Made by a program: the position numbers and the translations under genes. A stretch of DNA of 64,000 bases from an uncultured Myxococcales bacterium (GTDB taxonomy: Bacteria; Myxococcota_A; Bradymonadia; UBA4248). Of this stretch, positions 61,237 through 64,000 are shown piece after piece. The stretch spans positions 197-64,196 of the forward strand of contig CAMCLY010000001.1 of the NCBI GenBank assembly GCA_945875805.1, given 5' to 3'. Each line of letters opens with the position of its first letter. Position 1 is the stretch's first letter. The notes below the pieces were generated by a model, which was not told where the DNA came from, made no database searches, and worked only from the letters and a program-made list of their open reading frames with translations.

Positions 61237-62310
61237 CTATTCGGTCGTCTTGGCCTCGGCATTCGTGGGGTTGGCGTCAGCGTCTGTGGGGTTGGCGTCA
61301 GCGTCTGTGGGGTTGGCGTCAGCGTCTGTGGGGTTGGGTTCGGGAGATTGTGTATTAGAATTCTTTTCGGAGTTTAATTCAGAATTTTTGTCCGAATTAT
61401 CCTTTGAGTTTTGATTTTTATTGTTTTTATCAAGTTTGGTGAGTTGTTCGTCGGTGAGTTGGAATTTGGTGTTGAACTGGAGGACATTTTGTTTGCGCCA
61501 TGGTCCCCAGATGCAGAGTGCGATGCCGATGAGTCCGATGATGAGGAACGGGATGCTGAGGCATTGTCCCATGCGCAGGCCGCCGATGCGGTCGTCGACC
61601 TGATATTCTTTGAAGAATTCGACGAAGAAGCGCATGCCGAAATAGAGCGTGATGATGAGGGAAGCGGAGAGGCCGAGGGGGCGCGGTTTGTGGGATTTTT
61701 TGTAGTAGAAGTACATGGAGAACATGACGATGGCGGCGATGATGCCCATACCGATTTCGAAGAGCTGTGAGGGGTATCTTGGGGTTTGGTCGTATCGCGT
61801 GAAGATGACGGCGAGAGGGGAGTTTGGGTCGCAGGGCGCGCCGACGATTTCGGAGTTGAAGAAGTTTCCGAGTCGGACGCAGACCATGGCGAATGGGATG
61901 GCGAAGGCGACGCGGTCGACGGTGACGCGCATGGGAGTGTGTCGCCATATTTTGTCGTATGCGAGGCAAACGAGGACGAGTCCTAATGCGGCGCCGTGAC
62001 TTGCGAGTCCGCCTTTCCAGAAGAACAGGATTTCGACGGGGTCTGTCATGTATCGGTCGAAATCGTAGAAGAGGCAGTGGACGAGTCGAGCGCCGACAAC
62101 GACGCCGATCATGAGGGCGTAGGTGAGGTTGGTGGCGCTTTCAGGGTCTTCACGTTCGTCGCGATACCGCCACCTCAGGGTCATGTATCCGACGGCGAGA
62201 GCGAGGGCAAAGAGGACGCCGTAATATCGAATTTCAAAACTTCCGATGCGAATGAGTGCGGGGTCCCAGTCCCAGACGAGGAGGCTAAGGGCCCCGAGAA
62301 AATCAGTCAT
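61237..62310 (-). CDS. lgt: Prolipoprotein diacylglyceryl transferase with a roughly 90-aa low-complexity C-terminal extension.
   Basis: The Lgt core is IRIGSFEIRYYGVLFALALAVGY...GGLASHGAALG...RLGNFFNSE. GGAGG lies 8 nt upstream. The C-terminal tail is KNNKNQNSKDNSD...NPTDADANPTDADANPTDADANPTNAEAKTTE. Confidence 0.8.
   Translation of the reverse strand: MTDFLGALSLLVWDWDPALIRIGSFEIRYYGVLFALALAVGYMTLRWRYRDEREDPESATNLTYALMIGVVVGARLVHCLFYDFDRYMTDPVEILFFWKGGLASHGAALGLVLVCLAYDKIWRHTPMRVTVDRVAFAIPFAMVCVRLGNFFNSEIVGAPCDPNSPLAVIFTRYDQTPRYPSQLFEIGMGIIAAIVMFSMYFYYKKSHKPRPLGLSASLIITLYFGMRFFVEFFKEYQVDDRIGGLRMGQCLSIPFLIIGLIGIALCIWGPWRKQNVLQFNTKFQLTDEQLTKLDKNNKNQNSKDNSDKNSELNSEKNSNTQSPEPNPTDADANPTDADANPTDADANPTNAEAKTTE
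61267..61329 (-). repeat. A 3 x 21-bp in-frame tandem repeat (ggggttggcgtcagcgtctgt) encoding NPTDADA in the lgt tail.
   Basis: Read directly. Confidence 0.8.
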
Positions 62311-62630
62311 AACAAACCTCCGAACCGCCAGTGTGGCGGGTTAAGCGAAGCCGATGGAAAAGAGGTGTTTTGCAGGGAGGTTCCGACAGTGGATTCCGCG
62401 CAAAACTTGGGTGCCAAGGGCACATGGGGAAACAACTTGCAGCATTTTGCTTCATTTGCCTATCAATTTTGACAGTGTGGGTGGGGGGAAAGTGTAAAAC
62501 GTCAAATCCGTTGGTTGATGGGTTTTTATCGTGGTAGATGGCGTTTTTGGGAGCTATTGGGGGAATGTTCAGGGGTGAAGGAGCGTGGGGGGCGAGTGCA
62601 TGTCGGGCGTGCGTGGGATAAGAAAAGAAG

Positions 62631-63986
62631 GTGACGATGACGTGTCGAGGGCATGAGAAGCTGTTTCGGGATCCGGTTCACAATGTCATTCAGTTTGACA
62701 TGAACGATGCGACGGATCGGATGTTATTTTTACTGATCGATACCCCTGAGGTTCAGCGGTTGCGTCGCGTGTGTCAGCTTGGGTTGGCGGCGTATGTGTA
62801 TCATGGTGCCGAGCATTCTCGTTTTGGTCATTCGGTGGGGACGCAACATGTGGCGAAGCGTCTTTTTGACAGTGCGAGCCCGCGTGGGGATGCGTTTGAA
62901 CGCGCGGTGACGCGCGCGGCGGCGTTGTTGCACGACGTGGGTCATGCGGCGTTCAGCCATGCGTTTGAATCGGGGATTTCGGAGATCTGCCCGTTTGATC
63001 ATGAGTCGATGACATGTGCGTATATTCTGAACGAAGACGGGGCCATTTATAAGATATTGCACGATTTTGATCCGCGGATGCCGCAGCGCGTGGTGTCGTG
63101 TATTACGCAGGATTCTCGTGCCTGGTATCACCCGATTGTGTCGAGTCAGCTGGATGCCGATCGCATGGATTACATTTTGCGCGACGGTTACATGACGGGG
63201 ATTCGCAATTATCTCTATGATATTGATCGCATTCTTGAAATGCTCGGGTGTGACTCTGAAGGCTTGGTCGTCGAGTATCGTGCGATTCATGCGGTAGAGA
63301 CGTATCTGATCAGTCGTTATCACATGTATCAGCAGGTGTATCACCATAAGGCGGTACGCGGGGCGGAGAAGGTTTTGGAGTCGATATTTCGCCGGGTGTC
63401 GGATTTGGGGGTGCGGGGAGACACGTCGGTCTATGAGGTGGGACGTCTTGGGACATTGTTGCGCGATTGCGTGGCCCACCGTGCGGTGGATCCAAAGCTT
63501 TGCGTGCGGGTTCACGATGCGCATGCATGGGCGGCGATCGATGCGTGGCAGGATTCGGATGATCCCGTGTTGTCGGATTTGTCTGGGAGTTTGTTGCGAC
63601 GCCAATTTTTCAAGACGGTGGAGATACCGGACGAAAGTCGCGGTCTTTTGCGCGAGAACTGGAGCCGTTTTGAAGAGGTCGTGCGGCGCAGCGGTTATGA
63701 TCCGGCGTACTATCTGAGCCTGGATACGACGGTAAATCGTGCGTTTGCGCCGTATACGGCGCCGAGTGGTCCCATGCTTCCGTTTATGCCGGCGAAGTCT
63801 GGGCATGGACATCCCAACGCGGATATCCGCATTCTTCAACCCAACGGCGAGGTGGTTTCGATACAGGAAGCGAGCGAGATCGTGCGGATGCTGACGCAAA
63901 TTCATTCGCAGGTGGCAAGACTCTGTTTTCCCGCGAAAGCACGTGAGGATATTCTCTCTGCACTCCGTGAAACCCATGTGATCTGA
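62631..63986 (+). CDS. HD-domain phosphohydrolase of the dGTPase/SAMHD1-like (dNTP triphosphohydrolase) type.
   Basis: The HD motif is HSRFGHSVGT...LLHDVGHAAFSH...DADRMDYILRDGYMTG. The protein is 451 aa and the frame runs to the window end. Confidence 0.7.
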   Translation: MTMTCRGHEKLFRDPVHNVIQFDMNDATDRMLFLLIDTPEVQRLRRVCQLGLAAYVYHGAEHSRFGHSVGTQHVAKRLFDSASPRGDAFERAVTRAAALLHDVGHAAFSHAFESGISEICPFDHESMTCAYILNEDGAIYKILHDFDPRMPQRVVSCITQDSRAWYHPIVSSQLDADRMDYILRDGYMTGIRNYLYDIDRILEMLGCDSEGLVVEYRAIHAVETYLISRYHMYQQVYHHKAVRGAEKVLESIFRRVSDLGVRGDTSVYEVGRLGTLLRDCVAHRAVDPKLCVRVHDAHAWAAIDAWQDSDDPVLSDLSGSLLRRQFFKTVEIPDESRGLLRENWSRFEEVVRRSGYDPAYYLSLDTTVNRAFAPYTAPSGPMLPFMPAKSGHGHPNADIRILQPNGEVVSIQEASEIVRMLTQIHSQVARLCFPAKAREDILSALRETHVI

Positions 63987-64000
63987 GGTTTTGTTTTTTG

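Noticed and set aside
57764-63977. Minus-strand ORFs at 57764-59044 (426 aa) and 62730-63977 (415 aa), and plus-strand ORFs at 15188-16027 and 16942-18075.
   Set aside because: All are antisense to confidently identified genes (amidase, HD protein, nhaA, LuxC-like). All are Arg/His/Pro-rich with no motifs.

Overview
This is a 64-kb high-GC bacterial chromosomal segment, about 60% G+C by eye, with GGAGG-type ribosome-binding sites and two short A+T-rich islands. Taxon is inferred only from protein features I read myself: cysteine-rich repeat lipoproteins, thrombospondin-type-3 Ca-binding repeats, a MYXO-CTERM-like C-terminal anchor, and a Tat-lipoprotein. Together these point to a Myxococcota-like diderm that is probably anaerobic or facultative, since it carries an electron-bifurcating-type [FeFe] hydrogenase. 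The gene content is as follows. clpX (partial), clpP and tig sit on the minus strand at the left edge. A rex regulator lies immediately upstream of a hydC-hydB-hydA trimeric [FeFe]-hydrogenase operon. There is a 880-aa Cys-rich/TSP3/VWA lipoprotein, an orphan 2-oxoacid:ferredoxin oxidoreductase beta-gamma fusion, nhaA, and two tandem tRNA-Thr(CGT) genes. A Tat-lipoprotein tldD, pmbA and an overlapping LuxC-like gene form an operon. A nucleotidyltransferase and myo-inositol-1-phosphate synthase are followed by enolase, an unknown 399-aa gene and a small 2x[4Fe-4S] ferredoxin. Two paralogous giant Cys-rich lipoproteins follow, the first with an A+T-rich body. After dnaK comes a four-gene cluster of small Cys-lipoproteins, a repeat protein and a 2-TM membrane protein. 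Next are an FHA-domain membrane protein, map, and an Lhr-core-like DExH helicase with an unknown 502-aa partner. An A+T-rich islet precedes a HAD hydrolase. A starch-utilisation locus encodes a lipoprotein pullulanase, a beta-barrel porin and a lipoprotein alpha-amylase with CBM20. The right end holds a cell-wall amidase with seven Ig-like repeats and a MYXO-CTERM-like tail, a TolB-like propeller, lgt and an HD-domain dNTPase-like protein. Non-coding structure is dense. A family of more than 20 REP-like GC hairpins (GCGCTATCGGCC...GGCCGATACGCGC with compensatory stem variants) usually occurs in tandem pairs in intergenic spaces. A roughly 120-bp composite repeat is present twice. Several in-frame coding tandem repeats and a 15-bp x4 intergenic direct repeat are present. 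There are many clean rho-independent terminators. No CRISPR array, rRNA, integrase or transposase was seen. Many long ORFs in the supplied track are antisense artefacts of the high GC and were rejected.
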